The translations under genes were made by a program, and so were the position numbers. A DNA stretch of 64,000 bases from NCBI GenBank assembly GCA_045106235.1, contig JBGCEJ010000021.1:20893-84892 (forward strand), in the 5' to 3' direction. This stretch comes from Myxococcota bacterium (GTDB taxonomy: Bacteria > Myxococcota_A > UBA9160 > UBA4427). The notes beneath the pieces were generated by a model that saw only the letters and a program-made list of their open reading frames with translations, had not been told where the DNA came from and made no database searches. Below are positions 1 to 9,801 of this stretch, piece after piece (positions within the stretch are counted from its first letter, which is position 1; each line of letters opens with the position of its first letter).

Positions 1-201
1 GCATTCCATCCAAAGGTCGAGGCGTTCTTTGAAATCCTCCTCGCCGAAATCTTCGAGTCCGGTTTTCTCGACGGCTGCGTTCAGCACGCCTTGGGTCGAG
101 AGATCGAGGTTGAGCGTCTCGCCGTAGGCAATCGCAGCCTTTTGGGCGTCGCTCAAGATGGGTTGATGGAGGTCTTCAATTCGGATCTTTTCACCGGCCA
201 C
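1..201 (-). CDS. hypothetical protein, N-terminal fragment (gene runs off the left edge)
   Basis: Not in the ORF track because it has no stop in the window. The reverse frame opens after an in-frame TAG (253-255). The first start is GTG at 199-201, with GGAGA about 6 nt upstream. Translation: VAGEKIRIEDLHQPILSDAQKAAIAYGETLNLDLSTQGVLNAAVEKTGLEDFGEEDFKERLDLWMEC. The '..TGLEDFGEE.F.E.L' N-terminus resembles sulfotransferase-family N-termini as I recall them (memory only). Confidence 0.4.
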   Translation of the reverse strand, partial: MAGEKIRIEDLHQPILSDAQKAAIAYGETLNLDLSTQGVLNAAVEKTGLEDFGEEDFKERLDLWMEC

Positions 202-503
202 CGGGGTCTCCTGAAAGAGGGCGTTCCCGTGCGTTCGCGCACAGCTCCGACGCTAGCTCGTCCCTAGAATCGAAAACGTCCTGCGCGACCAACTGTTGCA
301 AAAAAGCAACGGTGAGTCTTTTTGCCCGCCGGGTGTGGGCCGCAGGAGGCATAGAAATCAGCGAAAGAAGCAATCGCGATGTTCGAAACAGGCTCCCGGA
401 AGAGGAAAAAGCGGGAACCCAGGAAGCGATGGATTTTTTCGCAGTAGATCTGGCCCCGGGTGGACGAATCAAGGGGAAGACTGCCAGCGAGCAATGGACG
501 AGG

Positions 504-1925
504 ATGAACAACGTGTCGACGGACCCCGAACGAAAACTGACTGACGCTGACTTAGCGCGATTTTCGGATCGCATGCGCGAGGAAGGGCTGCCCGATATCG
601 CGGTCCGCGCGTTTGTGCGTGCAGTTGAATTTGTCGCCGAGGGTGGGGAGACGACGATTCCAGAGTCCGCGATCGAGCCGGTGGAATCGCTGCGTGATCT
701 CGAGAGCATGGCCGAGTTTGAATCGGCGGGTCGGGACGCGGTTTCGAAGGTGGCGGTCTTGAAGCTGAACGGTGGCCTCGGGACGAGCATGGGACTATCG
801 AGCGCGAAGAGCCTACTGCCGGTGCGCCCGGGGATCACGTTTCTTGATTTGATCGCGCGCCAGGTTTTGTGGCAGCGCAAGAACTGGAAGGTCGAGCTTC
901 CTCTCGTGATGATGAATAGCTACCGAACGCGAGATGACTCCCTCGAAGCCTTGTTAAGCTATCCCGATTTGATGAAGAAAATTCCGTTGGACTTCGTGCA
1001 GCACAAGGTGCCGCGGATCGACGCAGAGACCTGGCGGCCTGTGGAGTGGGCGGCTGACCCTTCGCTTGAGTGGTGTCCGCCCGGGCATGGCGACCTCTAT
1101 ATCGCACTCGCGAGTTCGGGCATGCTCGATATGCTGCGCGAAGACGGCGTGAAGTATGTCTTTGTGTCGAATGCGGACAATCTCGGTGCCGTTCTGAATC
1201 TGCGCATTCTGGGCTGGTTCGCTGAAAACGAGCTGCCGTTCGCGATGGAAGTGGCGGAGCGGACGGCCTCGGACCGAAAGGGCGGGCATCTCGCCCGGCG
1301 AGATGGTCGTTTGATCCTGCGCGAAATCGCTCAGTGTCCGGAGTGGGATCTCGAAGCCTTTCAAGACATTTCGAAGCATCACTACTTCAACACGAATAAT
1401 CTCTGGCTTGATCTCGATGTGTTGGCGGAGATGATGGAGCGCTCGGAGGACGGAATCGATCTGCCCGTGATGTGCAATAAGAAGCAGGTCTCGCCGACGG
1501 ACGCGACCAGCCCGACTTGCTATCAGCTGGAGACGGCGATGGGGTCCGCGATCGCGAGCTTCCCGGGTGCCGAGGCGGTGGTGGTTCCGAGGACGCGGTT
1601 TGCACCGGTCAAGACGACGAGTGATTTGCTTGCGCTTTGGTCGGACGCCTATCACCTGACCGAGGATAGCCGGATCGTGCCCTGTGATGCGGAAGCGGCG
1701 CGCAAGCGCGTGATCGAGCTCGACCCGCGCTATTTTGGAGCCGTGGCCGATCTCGAAGATCGCTTCGCGGCGGGAGCGCCGTCGCTTGCTGCTTGCGAGC
1801 GGCTCTCGATTGAGGGCGATCATCGATTCGGCGCCGATGTTGTAGTGGAAGGCGACGTGCGCCTTGTGAACGAGTCGGAATCCGCCGTGGAAATCGCCGA
1901 GGGCAGTGTCCTGCGCCCAAGCTGA
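504..1925 (+). CDS. UTP--glucose-1-phosphate uridylyltransferase, UDPGP (eukaryotic-type) family
   Basis: ORF track 312..1925. Carries the UDPGP signature KLNGGLGTSMG and a family-typical layout and length. Start placed at ATG 504 (MNNVSTDPE...); ATG 312 and 429 are in-frame alternatives. Confidence 0.85.
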   Translation: MNNVSTDPERKLTDADLARFSDRMREEGLPDIAVRAFVRAVEFVAEGGETTIPESAIEPVESLRDLESMAEFESAGRDAVSKVAVLKLNGGLGTSMGLSSAKSLLPVRPGITFLDLIARQVLWQRKNWKVELPLVMMNSYRTRDDSLEALLSYPDLMKKIPLDFVQHKVPRIDAETWRPVEWAADPSLEWCPPGHGDLYIALASSGMLDMLREDGVKYVFVSNADNLGAVLNLRILGWFAENELPFAMEVAERTASDRKGGHLARRDGRLILREIAQCPEWDLEAFQDISKHHYFNTNNLWLDLDVLAEMMERSEDGIDLPVMCNKKQVSPTDATSPTCYQLETAMGSAIASFPGAEAVVVPRTRFAPVKTTSDLLALWSDAYHLTEDSRIVPCDAEAARKRVIELDPRYFGAVADLEDRFAAGAPSLAACERLSIEGDHRFGADVVVEGDVRLVNESESAVEIAEGSVLRPS

Positions 1926-1953
1926 TCTCATGGCCCAGGAGTGCTGTGAAATC

Positions 1954-2301
1954 ATGAATGCGCAGGAGCGGGTAACCCGGTTTTTCGATCTCGTCGAGGC
2001 GCGAGATTTCGCGGCTTTTCGTGCGGCCTTCGCGCCGAACGCCCGAATTCATCAAAACGGAACGCCGCTGGGGCTCGATCAGCTTGTTCAGTCCACCGAA
2101 GCGGGCTCTAAGTCGGTTCGCTATTTGCGCCGCCGCTCCTTCGCAGGGGAGGCCGCGGGCGTCGAGCAGCACGATGTTGAAATCGAACTGGTCAGCGGTG
2201 AGACGGTGCTCGTCCGCGATGTTTGTGTTGTGTTTCGCTTTGATTCGAAGGGGCGGATCGCGGAGATCGATGAGTACGTGACACCTCAGAAACCGGGCTG
2301 A
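1954..2301 (+). CDS. SnoaL-like / NTF2-family small protein
   Basis: ORF 1906..2301. The N-terminus 'ERVTRFFDLVEARDFAAFRAAFAPNARIHQNG' has the typical SnoaL/NTF2-like pattern. Start at ATG 1954; ATG 1930 and 1906 are alternatives. Confidence 0.6.
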   Translation: MNAQERVTRFFDLVEARDFAAFRAAFAPNARIHQNGTPLGLDQLVQSTEAGSKSVRYLRRRSFAGEAAGVEQHDVEIELVSGETVLVRDVCVVFRFDSKGRIAEIDEYVTPQKPG

Positions 2302-2966
2302 GACGAAGGAGAAGCCTGTAGTCCTGCGATCAGTAGGTCCGCAATTGCGTTGGCGGGGGACTCGTCTTCGTCTTCGCTGAGGCCTTGGAGCAATGGCGCC
2401 GAGAATTGATGGCCGAGTCGCCCGAGGACGCGAGCCACCGCTGCGGTCTGGTGCGTTTGGATATCACCTGCGGCACGGGCTTCGTCGAGAAGGGCGTGGG
2501 TGATCGCTACGACATAGTCCGCGTGGGCGGCGTTCAATTCTCGTGCGCCGGTAAAGCGGGCGAAATCTCGGGAGAAGGCTGCGGTGGCGGGCTGGACCGC
2601 GAGATTGGTCGCGCGGAGGTAGGCGCGGAGTCGGACCAGGGCCGACTCGTCGCTTTCGAGCGCCTGGATCGCTTCTCGGCCGATCCGGTGGAGTCTGCGG
2701 TCGAGAATGGTGAGGACGAGTTCGTCTTTGCTCGGCGCAATGCCGTAGAGCGTGCGAAGGGAGCAGCCCATGCGCTTCGCAATTTCCGCCATTGTGACGT
2801 CCGCGATGCCGCCGCGGAGCACCCAGTCCTCGAGGGCATCCAAGACTTCGCGTTGGCGGGGCGTGAGCGCTGTCTCGGCCCGCCGTGAAAGTCTGCGTTT
2901 AGGGGCGCGGACGGCGGGAACTCGGGCGGAAGAGGCCCGGTCTCGCACGACCGAGGCTGGATGCAT
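2286..2966 (-). CDS. TetR/AcrR family transcriptional regulator
   Basis: ORF 2286..3020. HTH region 'VTMAEIAKRMGCSLRTLYGIAPSKDELV'. Start at ATG 2966 (MHPASV), 5 nt after the upstream AtuA stop; ATG 3020 is an alternative. Confidence 0.85.
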   Translation of the reverse strand: MHPASVVRDRASSARVPAVRAPKRRLSRRAETALTPRQREVLDALEDWVLRGGIADVTMAEIAKRMGCSLRTLYGIAPSKDELVLTILDRRLHRIGREAIQALESDESALVRLRAYLRATNLAVQPATAAFSRDFARFTGARELNAAHADYVVAITHALLDEARAAGDIQTHQTAAVARVLGRLGHQFSAPLLQGLSEDEDESPANAIADLLIAGLQASPSSQPGF

Positions 2967-2971
2967 CGCGC

Positions 2972-4732
2972 TCAAGGGAGGAGAGCCGCCGGGATATCGG
3001 CATGGCGTGCTCTCAACCATTCACCGAGGCTCTTAGCTTGACCGTCCTGGCGGGTGGCCGCGGCGACGCCTTCTTCGAGAATCCCGTGAATGACAAAGTT
3101 CAGGCTCCGGAGAGCCGGAAAGCGGTAGCGATCAATCTTGAAGGCATCGACTTCCGGAAGCAGTCCGCGGAGTCGCTCCTCGGTGAGGAATGCGTCGAGC
3201 CAGGTCCATGCCGCATCGTCCCGCGTAAAGACGCCGAGGTTGGCGTTGCCGCCTTTATCTCCGGAACGCGCGCCTAATACCATGCCGAGAGGGACACGCA
3301 GGGTCTTGCCCTCGGGCGCCGGCGCATTAGGCCCTGCTGCGGGCTCTACGGAAGCCGGCGCATCGGGAATCACGGAATCAACCTGGTGGGTCTCGCCGCC
3401 GAGTTGGATGACTTCCTGAGGGACGAGGCGGGCGGCGATTTTTGCGGGTTCGTAGACGCCGAAGGGGCGTCCAGGGAAGGGCCCTCCGCCCACGGAGAAG
3501 AAGCCCGGGACGGAAGAAAGGGCGAGCTCCGTGACCGCATTCGAGAACGCGCGGCCGACCTTCTTTTCATCTGCGTCTTTGACTGAAATATGCCAGATGG
3601 CGAGGGCTTCTTCGTTTGAAGCGGGGTCTTCCTTTCCTGTGCGCAGGACCCGGGTGGTGACCTGGTCGTAGTCTTCTGGGCTGTAAGGGCAGGCGCGCCA
3701 GAAGGCCTTCTCCATCACTTCGGCTTTGGCATCGACATTCAGGCCCGCGAGGGCGACGCGCATATCGTTCCGGAAGCCGCCGTCGCGGTTCATGCAGACC
3801 TTGAGTGTGCTGGGCGGCGGTTCGCCTTGGACGCCGAAGACGCGGACGCGCCCGGGCGCCTGCTCTTCGATCTGGATCGTGTCAAAACGCGTCGTCACGT
3901 CGGGGCCGAGATAGGCGGGACCGCCGATTTCGTAGAGGAGTTGGGACGTTACGGTTCCGATCGAGACCTGCCCGCCGGTATGGTCGTCATGCTTGCCGAT
4001 GACGGAAGAGCCGTCCGACGCAATTTCGGCCCAAGGGAAGCCTAGATGCTCCGTCCCCGGAACCTCGTTGAAAAAGGCGTAGTTCCCGCCTGTGACCTGA
4101 CTGCTGCATTCGATGAGATGGCCCGCGGTGACGCCGCCGGCGAGGGCATTCCAATCGGTCCGCTGCCAGCCGTGATGCCACGCTGCGGGGCCGCAGACAA
4201 TTGCCGCGTCTGTTGCCCGGCCCGTAATCACGATATCCGCACCGGCGTTCAAGGCGTCGACGATGCCCCAGCAGCCAAGATAGGCGTTGGCGGTCATGAA
4301 ACGCGCTGCATCTTTGATGGGCGAGTCATTCTCGAAGTTGAGCAGGGCATCCTGAGCGATGAACTCATCGATGTTAGGCATGAGGTCGTCGCCGCGAACG
4401 AAAGCGATCTTCGGATGGAGCCCTAATTTCTGGGCAAGGGCCTGTACGGCTTCGGCGCAGCCTTCGGGATCGAGGCCGCCCGCGTTGGAGACGACTTTGA
4501 TCCCGCGGTCGAGGCAGGTCCCCATCACATCTTCCATTTGCGTGACGAAGGTATGCGCGTAGCCGCCACCGGGTCGTTTGGCTTGGGTCTTGGCGAGGAT
4601 CAACATGGTGAGTTCAGCGAGCCAGTCGCCTGTGAGGACGTCGATCGGTCCCCCTTCGACCATTTCTTTCGCGCCGGTCATGCGGTCGCCGAAAAATCCT
4701 GAGCAGTTCGCGATCCGAATCGGCTCGGTCAT
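2972..4732 (-). CDS. acyclic terpene utilization AtuA-family protein (DUF1446)
   Basis: 586-aa ORF. The N-terminus 'IRIANCSGFFGDRMTGAKEMVEGGPIDVLTGDWLAELTM' is the hallmark of the AtuA/DUF1446 family. Confidence 0.85.
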   Translation of the reverse strand: MTEPIRIANCSGFFGDRMTGAKEMVEGGPIDVLTGDWLAELTMLILAKTQAKRPGGGYAHTFVTQMEDVMGTCLDRGIKVVSNAGGLDPEGCAEAVQALAQKLGLHPKIAFVRGDDLMPNIDEFIAQDALLNFENDSPIKDAARFMTANAYLGCWGIVDALNAGADIVITGRATDAAIVCGPAAWHHGWQRTDWNALAGGVTAGHLIECSSQVTGGNYAFFNEVPGTEHLGFPWAEIASDGSSVIGKHDDHTGGQVSIGTVTSQLLYEIGGPAYLGPDVTTRFDTIQIEEQAPGRVRVFGVQGEPPPSTLKVCMNRDGGFRNDMRVALAGLNVDAKAEVMEKAFWRACPYSPEDYDQVTTRVLRTGKEDPASNEEALAIWHISVKDADEKKVGRAFSNAVTELALSSVPGFFSVGGGPFPGRPFGVYEPAKIAARLVPQEVIQLGGETHQVDSVIPDAPASVEPAAGPNAPAPEGKTLRVPLGMVLGARSGDKGGNANLGVFTRDDAAWTWLDAFLTEERLRGLLPEVDAFKIDRYRFPALRSLNFVIHGILEEGVAAATRQDGQAKSLGEWLRARHADIPAALLP

Positions 4733-4845
4733 TCTGGGTCTCCTCTTTCTCTTCTCTATCTAGATGCTTGCTTGACACCTTCGTAACAGCTCTGGTAACA
4801 AGATTCAATCAATATTACCGACCGGCATTGTCGGAGAGGAGCAGC

Positions 4846-5634
4846 ATGGGGCAGGACAGCGTGGTCAAGATCGACATCGAGCGAGGCGTTCTAACCGCCA
4901 CGCTCGCGGATCACGAAAACCGGAACGCCTTGGGCGCTCAGCTGGTCGGAGAGTTGCGCGCCGCCATTGTACAGGGGAACAACGACGATTCGGTTCGTGC
5001 CATCGTTGTGACGAATGAAGGCTCGACGTTTTGTGCCGGTGCCAACCTAAAAGAACGCTCGAGTGGGGCGGGTCCTAAGAAAGACTCGGGAGGGATTGTC
5101 GAACTCTTCCAAGAAATTCAGGCTTCGCCGACGCCTGTGCTCGGCCGAGTGGACGGTCACGTCGTCGGCGGGGGCAACGGGCTGGTTGCGGTCTTCGATG
5201 TTTCGATTGCTTCGGAAAAGGCCAAGTTCGGATTCACGGAAGTGCGTCTTGGGGTCGCTCCGGCGATGATCTCGGTGGTCTGTCTGCCGAAGATGCGCCA
5301 CGGGGATGCGATGGAGGCTTTCTTGCGGGGGAATCGATTCAGCGCCGAGCGCGCGGCGGAGCTGGGATTGATTAACCGGGCCGTTGCGCACGAAGATTTG
5401 AGCGCAGCGATGGAAGAGGTCCTCGACGACCTTCGTCTTGCGGGACCGAAAGCGCTCGGCGAGGCGAAGCGACTGATCTACGAAGTGAATCGACTGGATC
5501 AAGACGAAGCCTTCAAGTGGACAACGCAGGTTTCCAATGAACTCTTCGCGAGCGAGGAGGCCTCGGAAGGCATGAAGGCGTTTCTCGAGAAGCGCGCTCC
5601 GGCTTGGGCCGAGATCGAAGGAGAATCCGAATGA
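4846..5634 (+). CDS. enoyl-CoA hydratase/isomerase (crotonase) family protein
   Basis: ORF 4768..5634. Crotonase motifs 'FCAGANLKE' and 'GHVVGGGNGL'. Start at ATG 4846, preceded by GGAGAGGAG. Confidence 0.88.
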   Translation: MGQDSVVKIDIERGVLTATLADHENRNALGAQLVGELRAAIVQGNNDDSVRAIVVTNEGSTFCAGANLKERSSGAGPKKDSGGIVELFQEIQASPTPVLGRVDGHVVGGGNGLVAVFDVSIASEKAKFGFTEVRLGVAPAMISVVCLPKMRHGDAMEAFLRGNRFSAERAAELGLINRAVAHEDLSAAMEEVLDDLRLAGPKALGEAKRLIYEVNRLDQDEAFKWTTQVSNELFASEEASEGMKAFLEKRAPAWAEIEGESE

Positions 5635-6644
5635 AGATTGATTCTGGACTGATGGGGACTTCGGACCTCAGCTTGATCCCACAGCAGGTGCGTGACCTTG
5701 AAGCGCAGGGATACGACGGGATGGTCACGGCCGAGATCAGCTCGGATCCCTTCCTGCCTCTCGTTCTCGCGGCCGAGCACAGCGAGCGGATGGAGCTGAT
5801 GACCTCGATCGCGGTGGCCTTTGCGCGGAATCCGATGATCCTGGCGAATTTGGGCAACGACCTTCAGGCCTACTCGAAGGGGCGTTTCATCATGGGGCTG
5901 GGATCTCAGATCAAGCCGCATATCACGAAGCGATTCAGTCAGCCCTGGTCGAAGCCGGCTTCGAGGATGCGTGAGTTCATTCTCGCGATGCGAGCCATCT
6001 GGTCATGTTGGTACGAAGGGGAGCCGCTGAATTTTCGAGGCGAGTTCTATTCGCATACGCTGATGACGCCGATGTTTACCCCGACGAATAACAGCTACGG
6101 CCCTCCGCGGGTTGTGCTTGCGGCGGTCGGGCCGAAGATGACGGAAGTGGCAGGGGAGGTTGCTGACGGGATGCTCGTGCATGCCTTTACGACTTCTAAA
6201 TATCTTCGTGAAGTGACACTGCCTTCTCTCGAGGTCGGGCTCGAAAAATCGGGTCGCGATCGCAGTGCGCTCGAGGTGTGTTATCCGGCGTTCATCGTGA
6301 CGGGGAATGACGAGCGTGAATGGGCTGCGGTTCGGAGTGCGACGGCTAAGCAGATTGCCTTTTACGGTTCGACGCCGGCCTATAAGCCCGTTTTGGATGT
6401 GCATGGTTGGGGTGATCTGCAGGGTGAGCTGAATGCGCTTTCGAAGCGCGGTGAATGGGATGCGATGGCCGAACTGATTTCGGACGATGTTCTGGAAGAG
6501 TTTGCGGTGGTTGCGGAGCCTGCGAAAGTTGCGGGTGCTTTGAAGGCACGGTTCGGTGGGCTTGTGGACCGAATGCTGGTGACGTTCTCGTATGCGAGCG
6601 ACGCCGACCGTGCGGCGTATATGGAAGAGTTGCGCAGCGTCTAA
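5631..6644 (+). CDS. LLM-class (luciferase-like) oxidoreductase, probable F420-dependent subfamily
   Basis: ORF 5604..6644. Start at ATG 5631, forming an ATGA overlap with the crotonase stop. The sequence 'DLEAQGYDGMVTAEISSDPFLPL...FIMGLGSQIKPHITKRF' resembles the TIGR03617-type LLM family (recollection). Confidence 0.8.
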   Translation: MKIDSGLMGTSDLSLIPQQVRDLEAQGYDGMVTAEISSDPFLPLVLAAEHSERMELMTSIAVAFARNPMILANLGNDLQAYSKGRFIMGLGSQIKPHITKRFSQPWSKPASRMREFILAMRAIWSCWYEGEPLNFRGEFYSHTLMTPMFTPTNNSYGPPRVVLAAVGPKMTEVAGEVADGMLVHAFTTSKYLREVTLPSLEVGLEKSGRDRSALEVCYPAFIVTGNDEREWAAVRSATAKQIAFYGSTPAYKPVLDVHGWGDLQGELNALSKRGEWDAMAELISDDVLEEFAVVAEPAKVAGALKARFGGLVDRMLVTFSYASDADRAAYMEELRSV

Positions 6645-6678
6645 TTCAGTGCCGCGCTCGGAGCTGTGAGAGGAGGGG

Positions 6679-7482
6679 ATGATGCTGCAGGTGAGTCTCG
6701 ATTTGATTGCCGAAATGGAGGCCTTCGCCGGGCTGCTTGAGACGCTGAGTGAGAAGGACTGGGAAACGCCGACGCTTTTCATGGACTGGACGCCCTGGGA
6801 CGTCGTCGCCCACCTGCATTATTTCGACAAAGTTTCGATTCGCGCCCTTGATGGGCATGAGAGCTTTGCCCCCTTCGCGAAGGATCTCGTGAAGCGAATG
6901 GGGCAGGGCGAGAGCGCCGCGGTTCAGACCCGTGTCGAACTGGACGGCGTTTCTCCTTCCGATTTGCTCTCGCGCTGGAAGGCGACCTGTATCGATATGG
7001 CGAAGCAGTTGGGCGAGTCTGACCCGAAGCGGCGCCTGCCTTGGTTCGGACCCGATATGGGCGTTCAGATGTTTACGACCGCTCGTTTCATGGAGACGTG
7101 GGCCCATGCGCAGGCCGTCTATGATTTGAAGAACGCGTCGCGGACGCATTCTGATCGGATCAAGAATATCGTGGCCATCGGCGTGCGGACTTTCGGTTGG
7201 ACCTTTGTGAATCGGAAGTTGGAAGCGCCAGGCCCCCCGCCCTACGTACGGCTCACCGCGCCGTCGGGAGCGGTCTGGGAATACGGTGAGCCGAGCGAGA
7301 CCGAGCGCGTCGAAGGGGAAGCCGTCGATTTCTGCATGGCCGTGACCCAGGTGCGCAACTGGAAGGATACGGGCCTTGCGGTTTCGGGTGAGGTTGCGCT
7401 CGCCTGGATGAATATTGCGCAGTGCTTCGCGGGGCCGCCGGTGGATCCGCCGGCGCCGGGCTACCGCAAGGCGGCTCAGTAG
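6679..7482 (+). CDS. DinB / maleylpyruvate-isomerase-N-terminal-like metal-binding protein (TIGR03084-like)
   Basis: 267-aa ORF with GAGGAGGGG just upstream. 'WETPTLFMDWTPWDVVAHLHYFD' matches the mycothiol-dependent-enzyme N-terminal domain pattern. Confidence 0.7.
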   Translation: MMLQVSLDLIAEMEAFAGLLETLSEKDWETPTLFMDWTPWDVVAHLHYFDKVSIRALDGHESFAPFAKDLVKRMGQGESAAVQTRVELDGVSPSDLLSRWKATCIDMAKQLGESDPKRRLPWFGPDMGVQMFTTARFMETWAHAQAVYDLKNASRTHSDRIKNIVAIGVRTFGWTFVNRKLEAPGPPPYVRLTAPSGAVWEYGEPSETERVEGEAVDFCMAVTQVRNWKDTGLAVSGEVALAWMNIAQCFAGPPVDPPAPGYRKAAQ

Positions 7483-7697
7483 ACTGCGAGTGGCTCTTCA
7501 GTCCAGCTCCGCTCAAGATTGTTGACCTTCATGCGAACGCGATTGAGTTCACGCAGCGATGGGCGAAAAATGCAAAGCGCCGCCCAGTTGCAGAGTTTCG
7601 ATGTAGCCTCCTAGACTCTCCGTCTCCCCAGAGAGGTTGGTGCCCCGCCTTCGGAGTCGGTGCGGGATGTCTACCTTTAGATGTGTAGGTTCTATCG

Positions 7698-8615
7698 ATG
7701 TCGCTGAAGTTCTCTTTGCAGTTGCCAACGGATCGCGTCGAAGATCTAGAAGAGTTCGGAACCGCGGCGGCGATTATGGAAATCGCTCAGGCGACGGAAG
7801 CGGCGGGTTTTGACGCGAGCTTCGTGACCGAACATCCTTTCCCGACGGACAAATGGCTCGGCAGCGGCGGTCATCACGCCCTCGACCCTTTTGTATCGCT
7901 GTCTCTTGCCGCGTCGACGACGACGAGTTTGAAGCTCCATACCAATATCCTTGTCCTCGCCTATCGGAATCCGTTCTTGACCGCGAAGGCGATCTCGAGT
8001 CTCGATGTGGTTTCCGGGGGCCGCGTCATCATGGGCGTCGGCGCGGGTTACCTCGAAGGCGAATTCGCTGCGCTGGGTGCACCTTTCTCGGATCGCAACG
8101 ATCGGTCCGATGACGCCCTTGACGCGATGAAGGCGGCTTGGACCGGGGAGTCGGTGAAGCTTTCGCGGATCGGCTTCGACGCCGCGGGCAATACGATGCG
8201 TCCGCCGCCGGTCCAAAAACCGCATCCGCCGATCTGGGTCGGTGGGAATAGTCCGCGGGCGATTCGCCGCGCGGTGGATTTCGCAGATGGCTGGAGCCCC
8301 TTTCCCCTGCCGGCGGGGGGCGCTGGGCGAACTCGAACCGCGGCGATCGAATCCGTGGCCGATCTGGCGGCCGGGATTGATCGGATGCGCGAGTATGCGG
8401 CCAAACAAGGCCGGACAGCGCCCCTGGACGTCAACTTCGTGCCCTTCGGTCTGCATATGAATACGAATGCGGTGCCGGACGACGACGCGCTGCACGAACA
8501 ATTCGCTGCGTTGGAAGAGGCGGGTGTGACTTGGGTGACGCTGGGCTTGCCCACACCCAGCCGGGCCGCCTATCTCGAATCCCTCGCGCGCTTCGCTGAA
8601 ACCTTCCTGCCCTGA
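7698..8615 (+). CDS. LLM-class oxidoreductase, probable F420-dependent (TIGR03619-like)
   Basis: 305-aa ORF. 'GFDASFVTEHPFP...GGHHALDPFVSLS...VIMGVGAGYLEGEF' is typical of luciferase-like monooxygenase-family proteins. Confidence 0.8.
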   Translation: MSLKFSLQLPTDRVEDLEEFGTAAAIMEIAQATEAAGFDASFVTEHPFPTDKWLGSGGHHALDPFVSLSLAASTTTSLKLHTNILVLAYRNPFLTAKAISSLDVVSGGRVIMGVGAGYLEGEFAALGAPFSDRNDRSDDALDAMKAAWTGESVKLSRIGFDAAGNTMRPPPVQKPHPPIWVGGNSPRAIRRAVDFADGWSPFPLPAGGAGRTRTAAIESVADLAAGIDRMREYAAKQGRTAPLDVNFVPFGLHMNTNAVPDDDALHEQFAALEEAGVTWVTLGLPTPSRAAYLESLARFAETFLP

Positions 8616-8941
8616 TCTCCGGGTTGCCGCCTCAACGGGAGTCTGGACGCCGGCCGGGATTATTCCGCGTCGCGTCGAGTAAATCCCTGAGCTCGCGTCA
8701 ACGGTTCTCTGGAAAATACGAGCCGACCCGCTTCCTTTGCGGAGCAGGCATTCAGTGCCCCTGGGCGCTCACCGAATAGCTATCCACAGCGTTCGAGTCG
8801 TGATAACTTTCACGAAGTTCGAATTTTGCTGATCTATGCCAGTCGAAACCAAGGCCGGCCAGGTCGATCTCGCGCAATGGCGTGGGATGGCCCGGGATGT
8901 GGAACCGGCGAGACCAGATGAAAGAGAAGAGCTAGGGCCGA

Positions 8942-9490
8942 ATGAAGCGCGCGCTGATCCTGTTTTTTCATCTAATGATTGTTTGGTTGCTTTTTTCGGG
9001 GCATTACACCGCGACGTTGATCACGTACGGCGCGCTCAGCTGCGCCACCGTAGTGGCGTTGGTCTGGCATCTCGGGATCTTGGATCAGGAGGCGCTTCCT
9101 ACGCATTTCGGAATTAGGCCCTTCCTTTACATTCCCTGGTTGTTGAAGGAAGTCGTCGTTTCGAATCTTTCTGTTGCGAAGGTCATCTTGGATCCGAAGC
9201 TGCCGATTCATCCGCGCATGTTGAGAATCGAGGCGAGTCAGAAAACGGACGTCGGACGCGTGATCTACGCGAACTCGATCACTCTGACGCCCGGTACTGT
9301 GACGCTGGATGTGCGCGGGGAGAAGATGCTTGTGCATGCGCTGACCCGGGATTCTGCGGAGGGCCTACTGAGCGGTGAGATGGACCGACGCGTGACGCAG
9401 CTCGAGGAAAAGGCGGTGGTTCGCGAGGCGGCTATGACGGGGACGGGGACGAGGACGGAGACGGGCGCGAGCGGGGAGGCGACTTCTTGA
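8942..9490 (+). CDS. mrpE: Na+/H+ antiporter subunit E (MrpE/MnhE, MbhA-like)
   Basis: 182-aa ORF with hydrophobic N-terminal helices followed by 'ANSITLTPGTVTLDV', typical of MnhE. It is the first gene of a tightly packed cluster. Confidence 0.8.
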   Translation: MKRALILFFHLMIVWLLFSGHYTATLITYGALSCATVVALVWHLGILDQEALPTHFGIRPFLYIPWLLKEVVVSNLSVAKVILDPKLPIHPRMLRIEASQKTDVGRVIYANSITLTPGTVTLDVRGEKMLVHALTRDSAEGLLSGEMDRRVTQLEEKAVVREAAMTGTGTRTETGASGEATS

Positions 9491-9801
9491 ACGATCTCAT
9501 CGTCGAAGGTGCTTCGAATAACGTAACGGTCTTTGCGGTGGCAACGCTTGGGCTGCTCGTCAGCATGTTCCTTGCGCTGGTTCGCGGATTTCTCGGGCCC
9601 ACTGTTTTTGATCGCGTGCTCGCGGCGAATATGTTCGGGACGAAGACTGTGCTGCTGATCGCCGTAACGGGATTCCTAACCGGGCGCCCGGAATGGTTGG
9701 ACCTCGCACTGCTCTACGGCTTGATGAATTTCACGGGCATGATCGCGCTTCTGCGCTTCAGTAAATTCGCAAATCTCGCGAGCGATGAGCAGCTTAAGTA
9801 A
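9487..9801 (+). CDS. mrpF: monovalent cation/H+ antiporter subunit F
   Basis: 104 aa. The TTG start overlaps the mrpE stop (TTGA). 'GPTVFDRVLAANMFGTK' is an MrpF-type motif. Confidence 0.8.
   Translation: MNDLIVEGASNNVTVFAVATLGLLVSMFLALVRGFLGPTVFDRVLAANMFGTKTVLLIAVTGFLTGRPEWLDLALLYGLMNFTGMIALLRFSKFANLASDEQLK

Noticed and set aside
312-503. N-terminal 64-aa extension of the UGPase ORF.
   Set aside because: The extension (MSLFARRVWAAGGIEISERSNRDVRNRLPEEEKAG...) has no counterpart in the UDPGP family, and homology begins near the ATG at 504. It is kept only as an alternative start.
954-1955. 333-aa ORF antisense to the UGPase gene.
   Set aside because: It has an Arg/Pro/His-rich low-complexity translation with no motifs and fully overlaps a gene with clear family signatures. 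This is a typical high-GC antisense ORF.
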